Of a stretch of DNA of 37,369 bases, positions 26,790 through 35,924 are shown piece by piece. Position 1 is the first letter of the stretch. Every line of letters starts with the position of its first letter. Under the pieces are notes generated by a model. That model was not told the DNA's origin, did no database searches, and worked only from the letters and a program-made list of their open reading frames with translations. The stretch is from Candidatus Heimdallarchaeota archaeon (GTDB lineage Archaea; Asgardarchaeota; Heimdallarchaeia; Heimdallarchaeales; Heimdallarchaeaceae), in the NCBI GenBank assembly GCA_021399395.1, contig JAAFKJ010000163.1, positions 1 through 37,369 on the forward strand. The letters are read 5' to 3'. A program made the translations under genes and the position numbers.

Positions 26790-27416
26790 CTAAGACCATA
26801 GTATCTCTAACAAGTAGGTCAAACCTGCAACCAGTAAAGCAGCAGGTAATATCTTCAGAGCATAGACGAGTTTATTTTCTTTAGAAACCGCACCTAGAAA
26901 GACACCTAATACAATTACTTCAACAAAAACTATTGAGAAGGATATGATATAGGCTGCTAATATTGATAAACCTGCTAGAACAAAGAAGAAAGGACATATC
27001 GCTAGAAGTGAAAATAGAAATGGTGAGATTCCATCTACAGCTGCTATTATCAATGAAGTCCAGAAATTTGCTTTGGTGATTTTTGTATTATTCAAATCAG
27101 TAACCATGATCTCTTCAAGCTCTTTTACTTCCTTTGTTCGTTCTGCTCTTTCTGTTAAATAAGCTATCCAAAAGCCTGAAACACCCATGGCAATACTTGC
27201 ACCTAATCCAGTAGAGATGAGAATTTTTGCACTCTCAACACTTTCTGCAGGATCAAGTCCAAAACCAGTAACAACCATAGAACCAAGAATTATTCCTAAA
27301 GCTGTAAGTGCTCCATCAAAACCGTTCATTACAAAATATCTACGTAAAATATTTTCTCCCTCGGTCATAGACAGAATCTGTCTGATTTCTTGAATCTTTT
27401 TCAATTTCTTAATCAC
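26790..27416 (-). CDS. VIT1/CCC1 family membrane protein (putative Fe/Mn transporter)
   Basis: RRYFVMNGFDGALT, IAMGVSG...YLTERAE, five hydrophobic helices. Confidence 0.88.
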   Translation of the reverse strand: MIKKLKKIQEIRQILSMTEGENILRRYFVMNGFDGALTALGIILGSMVVTGFGLDPAESVESAKILISTGLGASIAMGVSGFWIAYLTERAERTKEVKELEEIMVTDLNNTKITKANFWTSLIIAAVDGISPFLFSLLAICPFFFVLAGLSILAAYIISFSIVFVEVIVLGVFLGAVSKENKLVYALKILPAALLVAGLTYLLEILWS

Positions 27417-27551
27417 TATATGTTTTTAATAAGGATTCCTTCTTTATGATTGATATAAACTTTTTGAATAGAATAGACACAACCTTTTCACAATTTGACT
27501 CGTGATATGTAATAGACTTTTTATACTGAAAAATGATACTTAACTTGAGAT

Positions 27552-28517
27552 ATGACTTCATCAGAAAAATCTAGAAATAGGCGTAAATATATCCCTAATA
27601 AGGCTGCACTAGATTTTGAACCCACAATGGATTGGACAAAGTTAGAAGCTAAGAATGAATACCTTCAAAAGAATTTTGAATTCAAAGTTGATTTAATCAG
27701 TTATGATGATTGTATTGAGGGTATGAAGGCATTACCTGATGAAAGTGTGAATATGGTTCTAGCAGATCCTCCTTTTGGAATAGAATTCCATAAAATGGAA
27801 ACGATGTATAATAGGAAAAGCGAGAATGTTGTTGAAGGGTACCAAGAAGTTAAGATTGAAAACTACGACCAATTTACATTTGAATGGATAAAAGAAATAC
27901 CCAGAATTATGAAAGAGGATGCTGGTGCCTGGATTTTTAGTGGGTGGACTAATTTGAAAGATATTTTATTTGCATTAGAGATGAATAATTTAAGTGTAGT
28001 AAACCACATTATCTGGAAATATCAGTTTGGAGTCTTTACTAAGAGGAAATTTGTTTCAAGTCATTATCACATTCTTTTTGCTGTTAAAAACAAAAAGAAA
28101 TATTTTTTTAATAAAATTGAGCACTACCCAGAAGATGTATGGATTATAAACAGGAAATATATGCCTGGAATTAAGAAGAACGCTACAAAACTTCCTACAA
28201 ATGTAGTTTTAAGATGTATAGATTTCGGTAGCAGACCAGGGGACTTGATTTTTGATCCATTTATGGGGAATGGAACAACTGCAACTGCCTCCAAAGGCTC
28301 TTTCAGGCATTTTATGGGTTTTGAGATGAACAAAGATTTGAAAGAGATTATTGAATGGAACTTAAACAAAGTAGAATTAGGAGAATTATATTTGCCGTAT
28401 TCAGAAAGATTTGACTCAAGTGTTGAAAAAGCAAAAGTAAAATTCAATAAAAAACAGAAATCTCAAGAAAAAAAAGAAAATAATGAAAAAAAATCCGAAC
28501 TAATGGATTTTATCTAA
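27552..28517 (+). CDS. Site-specific DNA methyltransferase (N6-A/N4-C, beta class)
   Basis: Catalytic DPPF precedes SAM-binding DPFMGNGTT; DCIEGMKAL, HIIWK, GFE. Confidence 0.93.
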   Translation: MTSSEKSRNRRKYIPNKAALDFEPTMDWTKLEAKNEYLQKNFEFKVDLISYDDCIEGMKALPDESVNMVLADPPFGIEFHKMETMYNRKSENVVEGYQEVKIENYDQFTFEWIKEIPRIMKEDAGAWIFSGWTNLKDILFALEMNNLSVVNHIIWKYQFGVFTKRKFVSSHYHILFAVKNKKKYFFNKIEHYPEDVWIINRKYMPGIKKNATKLPTNVVLRCIDFGSRPGDLIFDPFMGNGTTATASKGSFRHFMGFEMNKDLKEIIEWNLNKVELGELYLPYSERFDSSVEKAKVKFNKKQKSQEKKENNEKKSELMDFI

Positions 28518-29194
28518 TAGTCTAACAATGTTTTATTGGTAGGTTTTGTTAGAGGTGCTTTAGTAACTTTTAATGTAAACTTTGATCTTCTAGGAGACCC
28601 ATCAGCATTGCGCATATCTTTCTGAAAGTAACCAATCCATTTCTTTGAGATTCCCTCATTCAAAATATCTCTATCTATCAAAATGAAGTTAATATCTCTG
28701 ATTTTGAATGATTTCTTCCTTTTTCTAGACGGAGCACCTCTTTCAATTCGTTTCTTAACATAATCACTTTTTCCTCCCTTTAGTTTTTGATGCCATATTT
28801 TAAAATCTTCATTTTCATCAAATTCAGCTTCCCCACAGATAATTATGTAACCAATTCCTCCATATTCTTCAATACACGATTCAACTGCTTCGCAATCATT
28901 TAGAATTATCCAGGGGTGACTACTTGAATTCTCTATGTGAGCTTTAAAATCCCATGGTATCTCATTGAAATAGTCAAACACTGTATTTCCAAATTTAGGA
29001 CCCATTTTCCCACCTATTCGTTTTGTTAGAAGATTCCTCAGTTTGTACTCAATATACCAACCTATCCATTCCATCTGTTTCCATTGAAAATCTACTTCTT
29101 TCATTTCAAGGATGGCTTCCTTCCCATCAATTTTTTTTTCAAGCTCAGAGTTAATTAAACTAAATATTCTATGTACACTTTTTTGAAAATCCAT
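28514..29194 (-). CDS. Putative type II restriction endonuclease (PD-(D/E)xK-like)
   Basis: Convergent with the MTase with a 4-nt overlap. EWIGWYIE helix and FDY...WDFK fit an E...D...DxK catalytic pattern; basic 226-aa protein. Confidence 0.65.
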   Translation of the reverse strand: MDFQKSVHRIFSLINSELEKKIDGKEAILEMKEVDFQWKQMEWIGWYIEYKLRNLLTKRIGGKMGPKFGNTVFDYFNEIPWDFKAHIENSSSHPWIILNDCEAVESCIEEYGGIGYIIICGEAEFDENEDFKIWHQKLKGGKSDYVKKRIERGAPSRKRKKSFKIRDINFILIDRDILNEGISKKWIGYFQKDMRNADGSPRRSKFTLKVTKAPLTKPTNKTLLDY

Positions 29195-29317
29195 TTAAAT
29201 GTACGATAAATCAACAAATTTAAAGTTTTCTTAATTTTCTAATCACTTTTACACTTTTAAGACACTCTCCAAAAGTGTTTTAAAATGAATTTTCCATTCA
29301 TTAATGAGGAGCTCTCA

Positions 29318-30640
29318 ATGCAAGTTTTTTTTGATAAGACCCTAGAGAAGGAATTCGAGAAAATTTATACGAAATTCAAGTCTATTGAGCTACAAGATGA
29401 TAAAGCTTATACTCAAGATCTAGATTACCTAACTAAACGACTCCAAGTTTTCGATCCTTGTCCATCAATATGTAAAAAAGAAAATTTTAATTCTGCAGCA
29501 ATCGATGGTTCTGGTGCAGAAAGCATTATATCTCTGAATGATATTTCTATACATCTACTTACAGCTGCATTTGCTGCAGATAGAACTCATTTTGCGGAAG
29601 GTACAACTAGACATCTAAAGGTCTCACCTCCGGTCTGTACTCATCCTGAAGGAATAACTAGGTTAATCCTTCTAAGAGAAGATAAGAAAAACGAAGTGTG
29701 GAAGGAGTTTCTTGATTTCATACTTTACAATTACAATGAGAGCTTAGAAGATGTAGTTACAAGGGTTCTGAGAGATATAGTTGCAACCGCTTTCAAGGAT
29801 AAAAAACCAAATGATCCTATACCTAAATTAACCACTGAAATGAACATCAGAATGGTGGCTAAATTAATAGGGTTAAAACTTCACAAAGAAGACTTCAAGA
29901 AATTTTCATCGTGGATGGTTTCACCAAGGGCAAATGCACCAAGAGGATGGTTTGAGCAATTCAGAGAAGTTCTTGAATATGCAATAGCAAAAGCTCTTTT
30001 GGATTCAGATACTCATTTCAAATATCTCTTCATTGATGGCTCGATGAATATGTTGATGGACCCAGGACAGAAGCAACCTCGATTAGCTCCTAACTACTTG
30101 CTTCGTGACATCAATTTGAATGCTTTTAAGAATGAAACTTGTGTTGTAGCAGTAAGCAAAACAACCACTTTCCCATATATCTATAGGCTTGCACTTGACT
30201 TAGAGAAAAGTCTCGGAAAAGAGAAAAAGTGGTTTATTCGCGTACCAACTAAATCAAGAGACAATTTTACCTTGAATATTCTAAAAGATCGACCTCATAT
30301 TCCTCCCGCTTACGGAGTCACTTATCTCTTCCATTTCTCATCAGATGTTCCTATTTTACGTATAGATTTAGATGAAAAATGGTGGAAGGAAAATATATCT
30401 TCAAAAGATAAGAAGAAAGAGACAGAAAATGAGATCAATCTTTTCAAAGATATTGACTGGTTAGCAAGAGATGTTCGATATTACGGATATTTCTTTGATT
30501 TGGCATTTGCTCATAATACAACTATCGTCCGTTTTCCTGAACGAGATGATGTTGCAGAAAGAATGATTGATTACTTTACAGAAAAAGGGGAAGACCCCAA
30601 AATGTTTATACATCCAAGAAAAAGATTAGGATTAATGTAG
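29318..30640 (+). CDS. nurA: DNA double-strand break repair nuclease NurA
   Basis: AAIDGS, LFIDGS, VAVSKT, GY...LAFAH; upstream of herA. Likely start ATG 29318 after GAGGAG (alternative 29285). Confidence 0.85.
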   Translation: MQVFFDKTLEKEFEKIYTKFKSIELQDDKAYTQDLDYLTKRLQVFDPCPSICKKENFNSAAIDGSGAESIISLNDISIHLLTAAFAADRTHFAEGTTRHLKVSPPVCTHPEGITRLILLREDKKNEVWKEFLDFILYNYNESLEDVVTRVLRDIVATAFKDKKPNDPIPKLTTEMNIRMVAKLIGLKLHKEDFKKFSSWMVSPRANAPRGWFEQFREVLEYAIAKALLDSDTHFKYLFIDGSMNMLMDPGQKQPRLAPNYLLRDINLNAFKNETCVVAVSKTTTFPYIYRLALDLEKSLGKEKKWFIRVPTKSRDNFTLNILKDRPHIPPAYGVTYLFHFSSDVPILRIDLDEKWWKENISSKDKKKETENEINLFKDIDWLARDVRYYGYFFDLAFAHNTTIVRFPERDDVAERMIDYFTEKGEDPKMFIHPRKRLGLM

Positions 30641-30653
30641 AAAGGTGATAAGA

Positions 30654-32453
30654 GTGGAATTAGAACTACCAGAACCAATAGGTGTTTTAGCAGAAGGTGA
30701 TATATCTACCTTAGATGTTGTATGTGCAGATATTAGGTTTCAAATCGGTGAAATACTGATAATCAAGCACCCCGGTGAATTTCGTTATTTCTTGTTTAGA
30801 GTTATGAACTATGAAAATATTCTTCGTAGTATTCGTGATATGACAGAATTAGCTGCAAATTTTTTGAAGAACAGAGAAGCCTACATTGCGAGGGTTGAAT
30901 CAGACAAATTAGTAAAAGTCCATGGGTTGTTAATGGGTTACAGTGAGTATGATTCAGATCAAAGTAAATGGGTATTTAAGAAACCTAGAATCTTACCTCC
31001 TCACTTTTCAGAAGTATATAGAGGTGCAGAATGCCAAGACGCTCTAGCAGATCTGTTAGAGGATGAAATTGGAAAACATATTGAAGTAGGAAAATTATTG
31101 GTTGGCACTACAAGTATGGAAATTCCAATTAAAATTAATTTAGAATCTCTCCCAATGCATGTACAAGTTGCAGGTACAACAGGTGCAGGAAAATCTTTCT
31201 TCATGTTGACTTTTATCACCTCAGCATTGAAAACAAATCTAACTAATTGGGCTTTGAATAAAGATATCAAAGAAAAAGTTTCAGTGTTTATGGTTGATGT
31301 TCATGATGAATATATGAAAGGATTACCCTTCCAAGATAAAAGAAAAGGAATTATTGATGTAGCTAATTCTGTTTTAAAGGGAGGAAATGATCATTATGAT
31401 GCACTTTTTGGAGATAAGTTTTATCTAACAAGAGATTTAGACGCAATTCCAACTGAAATGCAGAAAATTGCTAAGGCCATACGATTTAGGAGACAAGATC
31501 TTTATGTAAGTGATATAACTTCAGTGATGACAGTATCAGACCAGATGCTCGGATTTATGAATAGAGCTCGAGGTATAGAAAACGATTGGATAACAAAAAT
31601 TGATGAATTAGATGATACTGAAACACTTGGATTTGCTCCAGGGACAGTTAGTGCTGTAAAACGAAGATTATACCCGATAATTAAATCACCGATTTTTACT
31701 AAAGACGAATACAGCGATTTAGCAGAGATTGTCTTTAATCTAGAGCAAGGTCATTTCTATAATTTTAGTACTGCTCTTCTTTCATCTAGCGAACAATTTG
31801 TTGTGATTACAATGGTTGCAAGAACTCTCTTTGCATTAAGACAAGCATTGATGTCTTCAACAAAATGGGATCAATTTAAAGAACAAGTCTACTCAAAATT
31901 GCCACTTAAAATTGCACAAGAATTACTAGGTGAAACAGCTAACAGCAAATACTCAATTAAAGACCTTTATGTTGTTGGAAAAGATAAAATGAAAACCGTT
32001 GATCAACTTCCAATCGTGATGATAACAGTTGAAGAGGCACCAAGTATTCTAGGTTCTCAGATGTCTAAGGAAGGAAATGTTTTCATCGATATTTCCAGAC
32101 AAGGAAGGAAATTTAGAATTGGTTTGTTGTTGATTACCCAGAATATATCTTCTATGGAACCAGTAATCCTAGCTAATACAAATACAGAGCTTAACATGAT
32201 GCTAGGTAATGAAATAGAAATCCGAATGGCAATACTTAACGCGAGTAATAACATAGCTGGATTTGAAAACGAGTTTAAGGTTTTAAGCAGAGGAGAAGCT
32301 ATTCTTACAAATTCTCTAAGAAATGTACCCTTACCTGTAAAAGTTAGTAATGTTCCTCTGTATATAGAGGAGGAGCTACCCTTCTTTGAGAAACCTTTCG
32401 AGAAACTTAAAATCAAGAAAACAAAAACACAATCAACAGAAGTTCCACTTTAG
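30654..32453 (+). CDS. herA: HerA bipolar helicase/translocase ATPase
   Basis: N-terminal HAS-barrel-like region, Walker A GTTGAGKS, DVHDEY, Walker B VEEA, RQGRKF...ITQ. AGGTGAT RBS favours GTG 30654 over 30645. Confidence 0.9.
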   Translation: MELELPEPIGVLAEGDISTLDVVCADIRFQIGEILIIKHPGEFRYFLFRVMNYENILRSIRDMTELAANFLKNREAYIARVESDKLVKVHGLLMGYSEYDSDQSKWVFKKPRILPPHFSEVYRGAECQDALADLLEDEIGKHIEVGKLLVGTTSMEIPIKINLESLPMHVQVAGTTGAGKSFFMLTFITSALKTNLTNWALNKDIKEKVSVFMVDVHDEYMKGLPFQDKRKGIIDVANSVLKGGNDHYDALFGDKFYLTRDLDAIPTEMQKIAKAIRFRRQDLYVSDITSVMTVSDQMLGFMNRARGIENDWITKIDELDDTETLGFAPGTVSAVKRRLYPIIKSPIFTKDEYSDLAEIVFNLEQGHFYNFSTALLSSSEQFVVITMVARTLFALRQALMSSTKWDQFKEQVYSKLPLKIAQELLGETANSKYSIKDLYVVGKDKMKTVDQLPIVMITVEEAPSILGSQMSKEGNVFIDISRQGRKFRIGLLLITQNISSMEPVILANTNTELNMMLGNEIEIRMAILNASNNIAGFENEFKVLSRGEAILTNSLRNVPLPVKVSNVPLYIEEELPFFEKPFEKLKIKKTKTQSTEVPL

Positions 32454-32464
32454 ATGGTGAATAT

Positions 32465-33739
32465 ATGGTAAAGATTCTACATTTTTCTGATACTCATGTA
32501 TCTCATAGGAGATATCGCGATGTACGAGATTCTTGGAAATTAGATCAACGAGTTACATGGATTGAAGAAGACTACTGTCTTGGTTTTGAACAAGCTTTGG
32601 ATATTGCAGTAAAAACAAAACCAGATTATTTGGTTCATTCAGGAGATTTATTTGATGTACCTGTAGGAAGGAATTTCTCCGGTCCTAGTGAGTATTCTCG
32701 TACTTACGTAATTAAATCTCTAAAGAAGTTTTTCAAGAAAACTACAAATAAGATTCCATTGATTATAATAGATGGGAATCATGGAACCTATCTTACAAGA
32801 AACTATAGCACCTTAGAGTTTATTGAAGCTGCTTTTCCGGAAAATGTTCATGTTTTCACAACTTATGAATTAAAGGACGCTATACGAAATAATACTCCTT
32901 TAGTGAAAGAGTTCAAAGACGTAAATTTCTATTTGTTCCCATATTTCCAATTTGGTAAATTAGAAAATTGGGCAAAAGCATATGAGGAATGGTTAAGAAA
33001 CAATCAACAACCAGACCCAGCTAAAATATCTATTGCAGTTGTTCATGGAATGGTTAGAGGTTTAGATTTACATGAATTGATCTTACAATACAAATACGAT
33101 TATGTTGCATTGGGTCATGATCATAAACAAAGAAAGATCAAGAAGAACGCATGGCAGGTTGGAAGTACAGCTAGATATACTTTCGCAGAAAGAAATCAAG
33201 AAAAAAGCGTATTGGAAGTTCAAGTTCAAAAGGGAGAAGAACCCATAGTATTACCTAAACTACTGGAAAATGTTCGTTCAATGAAGCAGATAGATTTTCC
33301 TCTTAAGGTAGACATGAATACCGCTGTTTTTGAGAAACAAATACGAGAACATGTTGATAAATTCAAGAAGAAATATAATGGTGAATCAGCTGTAAGACTG
33401 AAAATTAAATTCAGTGGAGCAGTTCTTCTTTCTAACTGGTGGGGAATGGAAGATATTCTAGTAGATATTCAGAAAGAAACTTTTGGAGATGAATACAACT
33501 TACTTGAATTCAGATGGGATTCAGGAGAGGTAATAAAGAGAGCCCCCATAAGTTATCAAAAAGGTGCGAAGGTTCATGATTATCTTATTGAGGATCCCGT
33601 CAAGGATTTTGAGAAATATATAAGATCATTAAGTATAGAAAATGAACAACAAGCTAAATTGTTTATTGAGTTAGGTGCTCAGATTATCGAGGAAGTTTTC
33701 AAATCTTCTTCTTCTGATGCTGAGGAGGAGAGTGATTAG
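32465..33739 (+). CDS. mre11: Mre11/SbcD nuclease
   Basis: HFSDTH, HSGDLFD, GNH, VVHG, ALGHDH, GS motifs; GGTGA RBS. Confidence 0.92.
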   Translation: MVKILHFSDTHVSHRRYRDVRDSWKLDQRVTWIEEDYCLGFEQALDIAVKTKPDYLVHSGDLFDVPVGRNFSGPSEYSRTYVIKSLKKFFKKTTNKIPLIIIDGNHGTYLTRNYSTLEFIEAAFPENVHVFTTYELKDAIRNNTPLVKEFKDVNFYLFPYFQFGKLENWAKAYEEWLRNNQQPDPAKISIAVVHGMVRGLDLHELILQYKYDYVALGHDHKQRKIKKNAWQVGSTARYTFAERNQEKSVLEVQVQKGEEPIVLPKLLENVRSMKQIDFPLKVDMNTAVFEKQIREHVDKFKKKYNGESAVRLKIKFSGAVLLSNWWGMEDILVDIQKETFGDEYNLLEFRWDSGEVIKRAPISYQKGAKVHDYLIEDPVKDFEKYIRSLSIENEQQAKLFIELGAQIIEEVFKSSSSDAEEESD

Positions 33740-33740
33740 A

Positions 33741-35870
33741 ATGAGAATACTGTGGATACAAGCAAAGAATTTCAAATGCTATAGTGACATCAAAGTTCCA
33801 TCCCAAGGCATTCTACCTAAAGGATTGCTCTTTGTAGAAGGTGAAAATTCTGTAGGAAAATCAAGTTTGTTTGATGCTATTTTTTATGCTTTATTCTATG
33901 ATCCAACTACAACCAAAGAATTAGGTACTAAGGATGATTTAATCCGAAGAGGTTATTCAGAAACAGAAGTAGAAGTTGCATTTGAACTTGATAACAAGTG
34001 CTATCTTGTACAACGAAATCACAGTCAGAAAACGGCTGTTCAAGCATATCTGCAAGAAATAGATGCCGCTTCAGCTCTTCAAGGAACCATTTCTGGAAAA
34101 AGAAAAATCAGTGAGGGTGTTGTTGAAGTCGATAAGAAGATTACTGCTCTTCTTAACATAACAAAGGAAAAAATACTGAATACTTTGGTAGTCAGGCAAG
34201 GGTCGGTTCAGGATCTAGCAGAAGCTAAAGGAGCCGAACTTCGAAACATAATCTATGAACTCTTTCAACTTGATTTTTATAGAGACAGAGCTCTAGAAAT
34301 CATAAAAGAGAAAAAATTAAAGTTAGATGAGGGTAAGAAGAAATATGGGATTGAAAGAACTACCGAAGATATCGAAAAAGGAATCAAAGAAACTAATGAA
34401 TCAATAAAGCAATCTAAAAAGGATATAAACATCTACGATTCAGATGTAGAAAGATTACAAATCGAAATAAGTAATTTCCCTGATTTCAAAGAAGTTCAAG
34501 AAATTAATGGCTTAACTCAAAGATTGGATCAACAGGGCAGAACGATTAAATTAAAGCAAGTTTCCATATCAGAACTTGGTAAGAAGTTTGAACTTAAAGA
34601 ACCAATTAACCAGAAAAATATTGAAAGTAGAAGTAAGGAATTTGAGAAAATAATTGAACAGAATCTAGATAAGAAAAAAACTATAGAAAAAGAAATCGAG
34701 ATTTTGAATGAAGAAAGAAGCAAATCAGAAATCGAACGTGAAAATTTCTCAGAAAGAAAGAAAAGCTTGGAGAAGATTGCTGAAAAAAGTGATAAACCCC
34801 AATGTGATGTCTGTGAACAAGAGATAAGCGAGTCAAAATTCAAGGAACTTCTAAATAGATCAACTCAGAATATTCCTGCTTTAACTCAAGGTATAAAGAA
34901 AAAAGAAGATGCAATTAAGACTAAACGTTCTGAAACAAAAAATTTGGAACAAACTAATTTCCAAGTTCAGAGAGACATCAACAAACTTGCATCTTTGATC
35001 AATGATATTGAAGAATTAGCAGATCTAAATGATGCAAAAGAAGAAATAGAGAATTTAATTCAAAGTTCTTTACAAAATTATAAGGTTAAAAGCTTAAATG
35101 AACTTGCACAGAAGTTTAAACTTAACAATTTTAGTGAACTCTTTGATCACATCAAATCTTTGGAAGAAGATATTAAGAAAAACGAACTCAATAAAAAGCA
35201 CAAATTGAACACTATCGGAGAGAAATCCGAGTTAATTGAGAAGCTAAAAAAACAAATTGAAGAGAATAAGAAAAAGGAAGTTGAGTTAGCTAAAATTGAT
35301 ATGGAGATTTCCATTTTTGATGAAGTTAGAACTCTGGTCGAGAAATTTATTGCTGAGGATTTAATTTCTAACAGAATGCTAGCTGGAATTCAACAAGCTA
35401 CTAGAGGTTATATCTTCCTATTCACCAAAGGAAGATATTCTGAACTCTATCTTGAGCCTACAAAAGCTAAAACACTTAATATGAGTATCAAAGATGAAGA
35501 ACTAGGTTTTGTTAAAAGTCAAAATCTTCTTTCTGGTGGAGATAAAGCTGCAATAGGTCTAGGTTTGAGAATAGGTATCAGTGAGCTTCTCAAAAGAATA
35601 CGACCAACAAAAGATTCTCCAATAGAACCTCCTAAGATGGATATTCTCGTATTAGATGAACCTTTAGGGTCTCTCGATGAGGAAAGAAGATCTAAAGTTA
35701 TTGAAGGATTAGTTGCAGAGAAACGATTCAGTCAGATATTCTTGATTACTCACACAAACATCAGAAATAGATTTAGAGCTCCAATGATTACTGTACAATC
35801 TGGTGCAAAAGGAAGCACTGTTTCATTACACTATTCACCCTCTGAAGTGGAAGAAGAAGCAGAAGAATGA
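33741..35870 (+). CDS. rad50: Rad50/SbcC SMC-family ATPase
   Basis: Start ATG 33741 (MRILWIQAKNFKCY); Walker A GENSVGKS, Q-loop VRQG, central CDVC hook, LSGGD, LDEPLGSLD, ITH. Confidence 0.93.
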   Translation: MRILWIQAKNFKCYSDIKVPSQGILPKGLLFVEGENSVGKSSLFDAIFYALFYDPTTTKELGTKDDLIRRGYSETEVEVAFELDNKCYLVQRNHSQKTAVQAYLQEIDAASALQGTISGKRKISEGVVEVDKKITALLNITKEKILNTLVVRQGSVQDLAEAKGAELRNIIYELFQLDFYRDRALEIIKEKKLKLDEGKKKYGIERTTEDIEKGIKETNESIKQSKKDINIYDSDVERLQIEISNFPDFKEVQEINGLTQRLDQQGRTIKLKQVSISELGKKFELKEPINQKNIESRSKEFEKIIEQNLDKKKTIEKEIEILNEERSKSEIERENFSERKKSLEKIAEKSDKPQCDVCEQEISESKFKELLNRSTQNIPALTQGIKKKEDAIKTKRSETKNLEQTNFQVQRDINKLASLINDIEELADLNDAKEEIENLIQSSLQNYKVKSLNELAQKFKLNNFSELFDHIKSLEEDIKKNELNKKHKLNTIGEKSELIEKLKKQIEENKKKEVELAKIDMEISIFDEVRTLVEKFIAEDLISNRMLAGIQQATRGYIFLFTKGRYSELYLEPTKAKTLNMSIKDEELGFVKSQNLLSGGDKAAIGLGLRIGISELLKRIRPTKDSPIEPPKMDILVLDEPLGSLDEERRSKVIEGLVAEKRFSQIFLITHTNIRNRFRAPMITVQSGAKGSTVSLHYSPSEVEEEAEE

Positions 35871-35924
35871 GCTGAATCTTGTTTTATTTTCTTGTAAGAG
35901 ACTTTCACAAAATTTTTCAATCAT

